From positions 8,976 to 72,975 of the forward strand of contig CAZFXN010000001.1 in assembly GCA_964523015.1 (NCBI GenBank): a stretch of 64,000 nt of DNA, written 5' to 3'. Below the pieces are notes generated by a model, which did not search any database, was not told where the DNA came from, and worked only from the letters and a program-made list of their open reading frames with translations. This stretch comes from an uncultured Bdellovibrionales bacterium (GTDB lineage: Bacteria; Bdellovibrionota_C; UBA2361; J135). This document shows, piece after piece, positions 1 through 8,596 of this stretch; the first letter of the stretch is position 1, and the number at the start of each line of letters is the position of its first letter. Position numbers and translations under genes: made by a program.

Positions 1-1
1 C

Positions 2-247
2 GGTATAGCTGATGGTGAAGTTTCAATTGAAGACCTAGCCGAACTTAAATCATCCACTAAGATAACTTTTCCTGTCAGATTTGATCATGAGTTAGCTAAT
101 GCTTTTGAGATCTCTAAACTTCCATCACTCGTTGCCATTGACAATTACGATCCAAAGCCAATTTTTTATCGAGGACCATTAGCAATTGAACAGATCTGGG
201 ATTTTATAGATTTCTCCCTTAAAAAAATGAAGGGGAATAAAAGATGA
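2..247 (+). CDS. C-terminal fragment of a thioredoxin-fold T4SS protein (TraF/TrbB-like), 5' partial
   Basis: Open frame from the window edge ends ...TFPVRFDHELANAFEISKLPSLVAIDNYDPKPIFYRGPLAIEQIWDFI, a thioredoxin-fold C-terminus with cis-Pro-like TFPV and a beta-strand. The stop overlaps the next ATG (ATGA). Context is the F-type tra genes. Confidence 0.35.
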   Translation, partial: GIADGEVSIEDLAELKSSTKITFPVRFDHELANAFEISKLPSLVAIDNYDPKPIFYRGPLAIEQIWDFIDFSLKKMKGNKR

Positions 248-1686
248 AAAATCTTGTACTAGCAATATTTATATTTTTAGGCATAACAGAAAGTGCTAAA
301 GCGCTTCCATATGAGCTAATGCCTCTAGAGCAGGAGATGAAAGACATCACTATCTCTGAGCTAGAGCAGAGCTCAAGTTATTCTAAGGGTAGTACTGTTG
401 GTACGCAAAATCGTGCAATCTCTCCCCGACTAAGACCAACCGAAAGTGCCTCCGGATATCTTCAACATGATGAGACTGATTTCAAATCTGAAACGTATCT
501 TCCATTTGAATACTTTGGACGTATTAACAAGGACAAAGTAGAGGAAGGATATTTAAACAGTATCGCTACACTTCAGGGCAGAACAGAGAATGCCCTTAAT
601 AGTGCTGGGGGCACCTGGTATCAGATGCTTATGTTTCAAGAGCCTACGTTAGCTGTTAGTGGAGCTGCCTTATTAAACATTAGTAGTAGCAAGATAGCTG
701 AGTATCAAAGAGATAGAGCAAACGAAATTACATTTAACGCGGCTCGTCCAGAAATTGCAAAAGAGATCATGGATGATTATGAACACTGCATGGCTTCTAA
801 CATAACGGGAAGTACCGCTAGCTCATTAATAGGTGGTTATCTGTTTGGGGGTGGTGGATTCGGAGGCAGTGTTGAGATGGCCAGAGAGATCTGTGAATCA
901 CAAGTATCAACTATTCAGTTTCTAGCTGCTAGAGGAGCAATGGGAATGAACGGTTGTGAGTGGCTATCAATAGTTATGTGGGGTCATCTCTCAATGGAGA
1001 TTCCGTTTAGAATGAGAGCACAATTTGGAGATGATGAAATCTGTCCAGCTGTTCATGAGACCTCTCCTGGCGGCCAATATATTGCTTATCAATTCTCAGC
1101 TGTTCCGCCGTCTTTTTCAACACGCCAAGTTTGGTACGAAGAGTATTCTAAAAGTGTATTAGATCTGCAGTATATATTGGAGCAAGCTTCAACAGATAAT
1201 GGAGGATACCTTTTAACGCCGTATGACCTGGCGACTATTAATATCCGCCCAGGTTTAAAAGCAACTCAGGCTTTAGTATCTGCAATTGAACAAGGGTTTG
1301 ATCCATTAAGAGATCGTCCAGAATTAGTCAACTGGTGGGCCAAAGAGAAAGCTAATGCACTTATCGATACTACCTGCAGTGAAGCACGAATTGCAGTTGA
1401 TGAATCTGCCTCCAGTCAAGCGACGGAAAGAGAGCGAAGACGATGGAAAGATAGAGTCAATGCTGTTTGTAGTACCTTATCAGAGCTTAAAAAGGAGATG
1501 GCTGAAATTACAAAGAATCAGGTGGTCTTTGAAAAGATCTTAACTGAAGGTGATAAGGCAGCTAAGAAATTCTCTCAAAGTGCTTTGGCGCAGGCCCGAT
1601 CAAATAAGCAAAGAGGAAGCGGTTCGCAAGGTACTTGGGCATTGGATGGTGGAATGTCACCAAAGAATGGAGCAAACGACTTTTAA
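244..1686 (+). CDS. traH: TraH-like F-type T4SS periplasmic protein
   Basis: 480 aa with N-terminal signal peptide (MKNLVLAIFIFLGITESAKA) and Gly-rich loop GGGGFGG. Size and position immediately upstream of a TraG-like gene match the F-plasmid traH-traG pair. Assignment by architecture and synteny, not alignment. Confidence 0.45.
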   Translation: MKNLVLAIFIFLGITESAKALPYELMPLEQEMKDITISELEQSSSYSKGSTVGTQNRAISPRLRPTESASGYLQHDETDFKSETYLPFEYFGRINKDKVEEGYLNSIATLQGRTENALNSAGGTWYQMLMFQEPTLAVSGAALLNISSSKIAEYQRDRANEITFNAARPEIAKEIMDDYEHCMASNITGSTASSLIGGYLFGGGGFGGSVEMAREICESQVSTIQFLAARGAMGMNGCEWLSIVMWGHLSMEIPFRMRAQFGDDEICPAVHETSPGGQYIAYQFSAVPPSFSTRQVWYEEYSKSVLDLQYILEQASTDNGGYLLTPYDLATINIRPGLKATQALVSAIEQGFDPLRDRPELVNWWAKEKANALIDTTCSEARIAVDESASSQATERERRRWKDRVNAVCSTLSELKKEMAEITKNQVVFEKILTEGDKAAKKFSQSALAQARSNKQRGSGSQGTWALDGGMSPKNGANDF

Positions 1687-1705
1687 CGGAATTGGGATTT
1701 AATTT

Positions 1706-3820
1706 ATGGCAACCGGCTCTACTGCGACACTAGTCTCAGCAACCATGCAATTAAGTGGAGAATTCAGCCAAGCCCATATCTTGGATGCGGTGGTTAATTC
1801 TCCAATCGGCAATCTTGCGATCTTTATCTATATAATTTCAGCTATCGGATTTTTTATCAGCGTTGCCTTTTTTCAAAATTATAAAATGGGTATCTGGCTA
1901 GTATTTGGCCCTGCTCTCTGGGATATCTCGGCAAATACAAGAGCAGAACAGGTAAATTTAAATTGGATGTATGCTGGGACGGTAGTACAAGATCAGGATT
2001 GGTTAACTCAATTTAGTAACCAAAGTCTTACTGATGACCTCTCTCTTGATAAGGGTCCTGCAACATTATACGTACTATGGGACTCTGTTGTTAGCGGAAC
2101 TGTACAGAATCTAACCGGTTTACTAGCTAAGATTACAAACGATCCTGCAACCAGGCTTTTTGCCAAAACTAATATTCAGGAGGGAATGCTTGGATCTATG
2201 ATCCAGAGTCCTGAGATAAGAGAGGCTGTACGGATCGCTATGGGCCCAGATTGTACTCCAATGGTCCCTGTTAGTAAGGGAAATGAACCAAAAGAGTGGA
2301 ATTTTTTAGAGATTGATGAACTAGAAACAGCACTTGATAACAGATTAGTTAAGGGAGTTCCAGAATCTGTTGTTCGAAAGTTATGTGAATACTCGATGGT
2401 CTATGAGATCTGGCAGTATGGTTCAAATTTAGAATTTGATCAGATCGATACAGAGCCGTGTGTTGTCAATCCATGGGGAGCTATAGGAACCTTTTCCCTT
2501 GGAAACTCAGAGAAATCAAGTTGTCTAGAATTTTCACGAACTACTTGGCAGGCACTTCAGGTAAGCGCTGAATTAAGATTACGAAATCTATATAAATCGT
2601 CAGGAGCAAACTCTTCAGGTGTTAGCGCACTCGGCAGAGATATCTTACCACAGTGGTCACTTGATATGTTGGCACAAGATGACTCTTCGTTAAAAAAACT
2701 TGTGGCTAGCTACATGCTCAAAAATGAGATGGATGATCTTAATTTTTTAAATCCTTCTCGCTCACTATCTGATGGGGGGAAAACTGAATCAGAGCTGAAT
2801 AAACCAGTGGAAGCAATTGTAGGTTGGCTTGAGAGAGAATCAGCTCAGAGCCAAGCTGTATTTTTTGCAAAATCAGTTCCCTACTTACAAGGGGCACTTC
2901 TTTATACCTTAGCAATTGTATACCCCTTTATCTGCATTATTATGCTGATACCTGGATTTCATACTGCAATGATCACCTGGATGGGTGCTTGGGCTTGGGT
3001 TAAGAGCTGGGATATTATGCTTTACGTCATAAGTCTCCTCTCCGGCATTATGTCAGAAAACATTCTGCATAAAGGGATGCTTCATAATAATATCGTGCAG
3101 AATGAATACGTGGGTACTGATGGAAGTGTCTCAAGCTTTGCAGATAATGTAGTCAGCAGATTGGAGGATATTAATTTTCTACATCTCGCAGTTTATAAAG
3201 CATTTGATGACGTGGATCCAAAGTTCGTTGAAGGTATTATTAACTATATCGTTGCGCTTTCGACAATCTCGATCCCTGCTATTACTGGTATATTCTTTTT
3301 ATGGGGCAGAGCATCCTCTCTCAGCTTATTCACTGATGGCATGAAAAATAAAGCAATGGATGCAACGTCAAGAAGAGCTGCTCAACTTCAAGATCAGTGG
3401 TTAAGAGATATCGAGATCGGACGACAACAAGAAGTTCGAACATCAAGTGCTGTAGGTGCTGCTTGGGGATCAGGTATCGGATTTGCACTAGGAAACTTGC
3501 CTGGCGCAATGGTTGGTACTGCTCTTGGTGCTGTTGCTGGGGAGAAATTTGGTTCTGTTAGTGCCGGATATGACCGTGGGCCAGAAGCAGCTCTATACGG
3601 AGGACGTCCGATGGTTGTCTCCTCTGGTGACTTACTAGATCCGTGGGAGAGCATGACTACTGCAGCAGGAGCCATGGTAATCCAGAAACATTTACTTGAT
3701 GCAACCGGTCAAGCTGAGGCTGATCCAGTATCAACCTATATAAATGGCCCAGATAGGTTAAGGCTAAATCAGAACCTACTCGGAAATAGAAGAAACTTTA
3801 TCTGGGGCGGATCAAGATAG
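1706..3820 (+). CDS. traG: TraG-like polytopic membrane protein (VirB6-like N-domain) of F-type T4SS
   Basis: 704 aa with multiple hydrophobic helices in the first ~550 aa and a Gly-rich C-terminal segment (GAAWGSGIGFALGNLPGAMVGTALGAVAG). It follows the traH-like gene with a 19-nt gap. Confidence 0.45.
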   Translation: MATGSTATLVSATMQLSGEFSQAHILDAVVNSPIGNLAIFIYIISAIGFFISVAFFQNYKMGIWLVFGPALWDISANTRAEQVNLNWMYAGTVVQDQDWLTQFSNQSLTDDLSLDKGPATLYVLWDSVVSGTVQNLTGLLAKITNDPATRLFAKTNIQEGMLGSMIQSPEIREAVRIAMGPDCTPMVPVSKGNEPKEWNFLEIDELETALDNRLVKGVPESVVRKLCEYSMVYEIWQYGSNLEFDQIDTEPCVVNPWGAIGTFSLGNSEKSSCLEFSRTTWQALQVSAELRLRNLYKSSGANSSGVSALGRDILPQWSLDMLAQDDSSLKKLVASYMLKNEMDDLNFLNPSRSLSDGGKTESELNKPVEAIVGWLERESAQSQAVFFAKSVPYLQGALLYTLAIVYPFICIIMLIPGFHTAMITWMGAWAWVKSWDIMLYVISLLSGIMSENILHKGMLHNNIVQNEYVGTDGSVSSFADNVVSRLEDINFLHLAVYKAFDDVDPKFVEGIINYIVALSTISIPAITGIFFLWGRASSLSLFTDGMKNKAMDATSRRAAQLQDQWLRDIEIGRQQEVRTSSAVGAAWGSGIGFALGNLPGAMVGTALGAVAGEKFGSVSAGYDRGPEAALYGGRPMVVSSGDLLDPWESMTTAAGAMVIQKHLLDATGQAEADPVSTYINGPDRLRLNQNLLGNRRNFIWGGSR

Positions 3821-3929
3821 AGTTGCAGTAATCTAACATGCTGATTTTAGGTAATATTTTAAAAACATTGAATGATCAGGGGATCAAACTCACTAATAGT
3901 ACTGATATGGTAAAGAGAAGTGTCAATTT

Positions 3930-4352
3930 GTGCCTATTATTAGATCTATTACATTAATAGAACGAGAGAGGAATGGTATGAGATATCTTTATTGCTTAAT
4001 CGCCCTAGTGTCGTTTTTGTCTATATCTTCTGCAAGTTACGCTGATGCGGATTTTGAAAATAGAACCCCCAAAGCCTCTGCAAAATTAGAAGGCGCCAGT
4101 GGTGAAACACTAGCTTCTGCGGTTGGACATTATGCTAGGTCCCGTTCCTTACTTATTGAAGCTATTAGAGAATTTGATAGGGCCAATAAAATTGCAAGGC
4201 CAGACTCCATATTAGATAGCGAAGAGTGGAGAAGCTCACTTATCTCAAGAGCTGAGGATCTTGAACGGATCCTTTCCCCGCAGCCTAGGGTTACCAAGGG
4301 CGGAGTAAAATTTGAAGCTGATACTAGGCTCTTAAATGTCACCAATAAGTAA
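3930..4352 (+). CDS. secreted hypothetical protein (T4SS locus)
   Basis: ORF with an internal Met at ~3978 giving signal peptide MRYLYCLIALVSFLSISSASYA and a charged soluble domain. It sits between the traG-like and traL-like genes. Confidence 0.4.
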   Translation: MPIIRSITLIERERNGMRYLYCLIALVSFLSISSASYADADFENRTPKASAKLEGASGETLASAVGHYARSRSLLIEAIREFDRANKIARPDSILDSEEWRSSLISRAEDLERILSPQPRVTKGGVKFEADTRLLNVTNK

Positions 4353-4433
4353 AGATCATACATAACTATTTGGAGTCACTCTGAAGTTTTACGAAATTAC
4401 AGGGATGAAATTGAAAGATTAAGTTGAGGGAAG

Positions 4434-4859
4434 ATGGATAACGGAGAGGTAATTGGAGCATTAAATGAAGACTGGAACTTTGCTGGTGCAAATCTGCCTG
4501 AGTGGATGTCTGGCTTTGTTGTTTTTCTCATTGCTTCAGAGATGTTCGACAAGATTAGTCGATCGATGCCGATCCTGCTGATGATGTGGATAGGCACAAC
4601 TTTTCTTTTAGCTGCTGCAAGAAAATCATTTCCTGATGAAGAGCGTGGCTTAAGAAATGCAGTCATGGTTGCACTTGGATTTATTCCAATTGGACTTCCA
4701 GCTCCATCTAAATTTTGTCCGATGTGGAGTGGCGCTCCAGTTAAAGAGTTAGGAGAGGATAGTCATTACCAAACTTTAAGATTAGATGAAGCAATTTTAC
4801 GGATTGATGACGGGGAAGAGCCAAACCCTACATACACTCCAAGAGTAGTGAGACAATAA
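4434..4859 (+). CDS. traL: TraL-like small inner-membrane T4SS protein
   Basis: 141 aa with two hydrophobic helices (FVVFLIASEMF; MMWIGTTFLLAAA). It sits immediately upstream of the traE-like gene, as in the F-type traL-traE-traK-traB order. Confidence 0.35.
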   Translation: MDNGEVIGALNEDWNFAGANLPEWMSGFVVFLIASEMFDKISRSMPILLMMWIGTTFLLAAARKSFPDEERGLRNAVMVALGFIPIGLPAPSKFCPMWSGAPVKELGEDSHYQTLRLDEAILRIDDGEEPNPTYTPRVVRQ

Positions 4860-4880
4860 ACAAGGTTATTATAGGTAAAT

Positions 4881-5525
4881 ATGGGAAAGGTTGCGGAGAT
4901 ATTAAGAGCTAGTGAACTGAGAGCCCCGCTCAGTGATAATGACACCATTCGATTATGGGAGAGTCATCAGGAGCAAGCCACACTCTGGCGCTCATTAACT
5001 TTAATTCAAGTTCCAATTACTTTAATCTCTTTAGTACTAGCTCTGGTTTTATGGAGCACAAGAAGCGTAACGCTGAATGTTCCAGCTAAACCATTGCCTG
5101 GAATTTATGCTGCTCAAGATATTCCCGATAGTGAATTTATTGATTTTTCAACTGACTACATTAATTTAATTGCAACATATCAACCAGCAGTTGCTCGTAG
5201 ACAGTTTGAAGAGGCTAGACGAATGCTTTGGAGCCAGATGATTCAGGCTTTTGATTCCGACATGATGGGAACAGAGCTAAGAGCGATCGAAAACACGAAG
5301 CGTACTCAGATCTATTTTGTTGATCCAACAAAAGTAGGAATTAAACGGGAAGGACGAAACGTAACCGTATCTCTTCTTGGTGATCGTTATAAAATTATTG
5401 CTGGCAAAGAGATGCCTGCAGTTAAAACTGAATTTGTAATTACAATGAATACAATTCCAAAGAATAAGTTTAATCCTTATGGAATTGTTGTGACCAATGT
5501 AGCTCTTAAAAATGTGGAGAAATAG
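4881..5525 (+). CDS. traE: TraE-like (VirB8-type) bitopic T4SS protein
   Basis: 214 aa with a single N-terminal TM helix (LIQVPITLISLVLALVLW) and a ~150 aa periplasmic domain. Position is between the traL-like and traK-like genes. Confidence 0.5.
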   Translation: MGKVAEILRASELRAPLSDNDTIRLWESHQEQATLWRSLTLIQVPITLISLVLALVLWSTRSVTLNVPAKPLPGIYAAQDIPDSEFIDFSTDYINLIATYQPAVARRQFEEARRMLWSQMIQAFDSDMMGTELRAIENTKRTQIYFVDPTKVGIKREGRNVTVSLLGDRYKIIAGKEMPAVKTEFVITMNTIPKNKFNPYGIVVTNVALKNVEK

Positions 5526-6342
5526 GATTTTACAAAAGGCAAGCTGTATGGAAACAAAAGTAAAATTGAAAAGTATTGCTCTCATATTCTTACTAGTTGG
5601 TATTGCGACTACCGCTCTAGCTAGGGATGTTGAGTATAACGAGGGCGATGGGGAAATCTCTATCTGGGTAACACCAGGAGAACCAACAAGAGTAGCATTT
5701 CCCGCTATGATTGCTGGTGGATATAAGCGCAAAGATTCAAGTCTTGTCCTTGATAAAAAGGATCATGATCTCATTTTATTTGGCAACCAAACTATCTCTC
5801 CAAATGGAGAAGCTTTTATTGTTCGACTTGAAGATGGACGCTCTTACTCAATTCGAGCTAAAAGAGCGAGTGCTGATAAACCTCGTGATGATGCGGTAAG
5901 TATTACTGACAGTCGTGGCTCAATAATTCTTTCAAAAGAGGAGGAAGAACCAACTTATAGAGAGAAAAGATTTGAGTATGCCCCGCCTAGTCAGATAAGT
6001 GGCTTAATGCGTGAAATGGTTCTGACATCTGAGTTTGGTAAATCAACGATAGCTGGATATCGAAAAAGTGAAAAGTATAGAGGACAAGTTGTACTTAGTG
6101 ACGGCACAATGTTGGCTACTATTGACACTATCTTTATTGGGCCAAATCTTTGGGGATATGTTTTAGATACAAAGAACTTATTAAATACAACACAGAAAAT
6201 TAATCCAGCATCCTTCAGACTTGATGGCACAAGAGCTGTTTCAGCAAGCAATTGGGAATTAACTCCTAAGCCATTTAATATTGAACAGCAGATTGCTGGA
6301 AAAGATTCAACAAAAATTTATATCGTAACTAAGGCACGCTAG
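5512..6342 (+). CDS. traK: TraK-like (VirB9-type) secreted T4SS protein
   Basis: 276 aa with a signal peptide (LKSIALIFLLVGIATTALARD) and a beta-rich domain. It overlaps the traE-like stop and precedes the traB-like gene. Confidence 0.5.
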   Translation: MWRNRILQKASCMETKVKLKSIALIFLLVGIATTALARDVEYNEGDGEISIWVTPGEPTRVAFPAMIAGGYKRKDSSLVLDKKDHDLILFGNQTISPNGEAFIVRLEDGRSYSIRAKRASADKPRDDAVSITDSRGSIILSKEEEEPTYREKRFEYAPPSQISGLMREMVLTSEFGKSTIAGYRKSEKYRGQVVLSDGTMLATIDTIFIGPNLWGYVLDTKNLLNTTQKINPASFRLDGTRAVSASNWELTPKPFNIEQQIAGKDSTKIYIVTKAR

Positions 6343-6352
6343 AAAAGTAAGG

Positions 6353-7528
6353 TTGCATATGAAACAAAAGATTAAAGATTACTTACTACTGCTACAAAAT
6401 GATCGGAAGACCCAGATCTTAACGGGCATTGTACTGGTTATGTTAGTGGCATTTGTGTTTAATTCTCCACCAACAAGGGCCCCACAAAAAGGACCTAAAG
6501 TAACTCAACTTGGAACTGGCGGAACAGGGACTAAAGAAGCTTATGAGGATCTTTTAAATGCGTTCTCTCGAGATCTACAAGTTACCCAGGATCAACTAAA
6601 AAAAGTACAGCAAGAACTAAAGGATAAAGACAAATCCTTCTCTGATTACGACGCTAAAACAGCAGCTATCTTTACTAAAATTCTTGAAAGAATGAATTCT
6701 GGTGAGATGGGAAGTTCTGGCGGGGTTAGTGGGGCTTATGCTCCAATTGATATAGACGGTAGTTCTAGTGCAATTGGAGCTTCTGGATCATTAGCACCTG
6801 GCTCACAGGAACTTGAGCCGTTTGGATTAGATCAATCAGATCCATTACCTCCTCCACCTCCTCCAAGAAACAGATCAGCTTTCGTAGCAGTTGGTGACTC
6901 AGTAAGAATTAAACTTCTTGCGGGCGTGAATGCTCCAACAGACGGAACTCCTTATCCTGTAGTTTTTAAACTAGATGATGACGTGCTTGGTCCTGATGGA
7001 TCTCGCTTGCCATTAGGAGAAGCAAGACTTATTGCCGCAGCCCAAGGATCGCTTAGTGATTCTAGAGCACTCTTTAGACTTACCGATCTTAGCATTAGAC
7101 TTCCTGATGGCCAAAGACGGACTTATAAAGTTGATGGATGGGTTGTCGGAGAAGATGGCATTCGTGGCATGAGGGGAAGGTTAATCGATTATCTTGGCAA
7201 GGCTCTTGGGGCAGCTGGTGCAATTGGTGCAGCAGAAGGGGCAGCAAATGCTCTTCAGGCTGCAAAAACAACTTCTGTTATCTCAGATGATGGAGGTCTC
7301 TCTAATATCGCCACTGGAGGTACTGCTGAATTTATTACTGCAGGTGCTCTATCCGGAGGATTAGGAGCATGGGGAGATATTATCAAGGATCGAATCGATC
7401 AGTTAGTACCACATGTAGAAGTATTGTCTGGCAGAGGAGCAACAGCAATATTTGCAAAATCTGTAGTTATTGATGGTCTATTTGAAGCTCTTGAGGACGA
7501 TAGCACTGCCTTTGGTTCATTAGATTAG
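6353..7528 (+). CDS. traB: TraB/VirB10-like T4SS envelope-spanning protein
   Basis: 391 aa with an N-terminal TM helix (ILTGIVLVMLVAFVF), a Pro-rich linker (DPLPPPPPPRNR) and a C-terminal beta domain (VRIKLLAGVNAPTDGTPYPVVFKL...DGWVVGEDGIRGMRG) typical of VirB10/TraB. The track start is TTG at 6353; ATG at 6359 has a better RBS. Confidence 0.55.
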   Translation: MHMKQKIKDYLLLLQNDRKTQILTGIVLVMLVAFVFNSPPTRAPQKGPKVTQLGTGGTGTKEAYEDLLNAFSRDLQVTQDQLKKVQQELKDKDKSFSDYDAKTAAIFTKILERMNSGEMGSSGGVSGAYAPIDIDGSSSAIGASGSLAPGSQELEPFGLDQSDPLPPPPPPRNRSAFVAVGDSVRIKLLAGVNAPTDGTPYPVVFKLDDDVLGPDGSRLPLGEARLIAAAQGSLSDSRALFRLTDLSIRLPDGQRRTYKVDGWVVGEDGIRGMRGRLIDYLGKALGAAGAIGAAEGAANALQAAKTTSVISDDGGLSNIATGGTAEFITAGALSGGLGAWGDIIKDRIDQLVPHVEVLSGRGATAIFAKSVVIDGLFEALEDDSTAFGSLD

Positions 7529-7545
7529 TTTTTTGTGGAGTTGTT

Positions 7546-8010
7546 ATGAAAAGTAATAAGAGTGGGCTTTTAAAAATTGTGATGGTTGCTACAGCATTAT
7601 TCATCTCAGGGTGTACAGCTATTGGAGATAGATTAAATCCATTTCAAGAGGAGCCAGATCCAATTGCTTTCTTGGGAGATCGAGATGATCACGCTCTAAA
7701 CGGAACAAAAGCGAAAGAAGAGACCGCCAGAACTGCCCTTGAACAGATGGCTAGCTATAGAAGGACGAACTTCCCAGAACCGGTACATCCAGTTATACAA
7801 CCAGCCGTTGTAAGACTTATGTGGATACCGGATCACTTAAACAAAAGCGGGGATCTAGTTCCAGACCACTACTATTATTTAAAAGTTCTTAGCGATCGCT
7901 GGGCAGTACAGGATGCCTTTGAGCTCGAGTCACAACTTGGTCCAAACAAGGATCCAACAAATTTACCTTACGTATATAGCGATGATCGAAAAACTATAAG
8001 AGGACGGTAA
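7546..8010 (+). CDS. traV: TraV-like outer-membrane lipoprotein
   Basis: Lipobox LFISGC. C-terminal VRLMWIPDHLNKSGDLVPDHYYYLKV resembles the TraV signature (RvWvaPw.D..GdLh...yvY). Confidence 0.55.
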   Translation: MKSNKSGLLKIVMVATALFISGCTAIGDRLNPFQEEPDPIAFLGDRDDHALNGTKAKEETARTALEQMASYRRTNFPEPVHPVIQPAVVRLMWIPDHLNKSGDLVPDHYYYLKVLSDRWAVQDAFELESQLGPNKDPTNLPYVYSDDRKTIRGR

Positions 8011-8026
8011 TATTTATTAAGTTTAG

Positions 8027-8596
8027 TTGAATATGATTACTGAGAACAGAAAAACATATATAGCAGCAATAAAGGTAGTCGTACTCTTGGGATGCATTGT
8101 CTTTCTCGTTAGCTGCTCAAGCCAAAAACCTCCTGTTGCGAAAACACCACCTTTATATGACACGGCAAAAAGACAGTTAGCTCCTGAGCCGGTTTATAAT
8201 AGACTGCGCTGGGTCCATTTACCTGAAGTTATTCCTTACAAGGACAATAACAAGGACAAGAAAAAAATCTCTAAGAGCCAAGACTCACTAGAAGACAGGC
8301 CAATGATTTTTCCAATTATGAATTTTGATCTCAAAGATGGAACATTAGCTGAAGCTGCCCAGATGATTGGGGCTAGTGCCAGTTATCGTAGCTACTGCGA
8401 TCCATCAATCGCAGACAAACGACTATCTTTAAATATGCTTGGCACAATTCATGAGTTAGCCAATAGTATTTCAAGGTTAGTTGATGTTGAGATTATAATT
8501 GATCATTCTGCTAGGGAAGTTAGGTTTATGCCCCTAGGCGTAGAGAATAAATTAAGGTTTTTTGATAATACGGTAAGTGAATATGAGCATAGATAG
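8027..8596 (+). CDS. T4SS-associated lipoprotein with secretin-N/TcpQ-like C-terminal domain
   Basis: Lipobox LVSCSS. The C-terminal segment LAEAAQMIGASASYRSYCDPSIADKRLSLNMLGTIHELANSISRLVDVEIIID has an STN/N0-like pattern. It overlaps the traC start by 20 nt. Confidence 0.4.
   Translation: MNMITENRKTYIAAIKVVVLLGCIVFLVSCSSQKPPVAKTPPLYDTAKRQLAPEPVYNRLRWVHLPEVIPYKDNNKDKKKISKSQDSLEDRPMIFPIMNFDLKDGTLAEAAQMIGASASYRSYCDPSIADKRLSLNMLGTIHELANSISRLVDVEIIIDHSAREVRFMPLGVENKLRFFDNTVSEYEHR

Noticed and set aside
1355-1543. 62-aa plus-strand ORF embedded in the traH-like gene in another frame
   Set aside because: Fully nested in a longer, better-supported ORF. Typical overprinting artefact.
3394-3675. Minus-strand 93-aa ORF inside the traG-like gene
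   Set aside because: It is antisense to a Gly/Ala-rich segment of a well-supported long ORF, with no RBS or independent signal.
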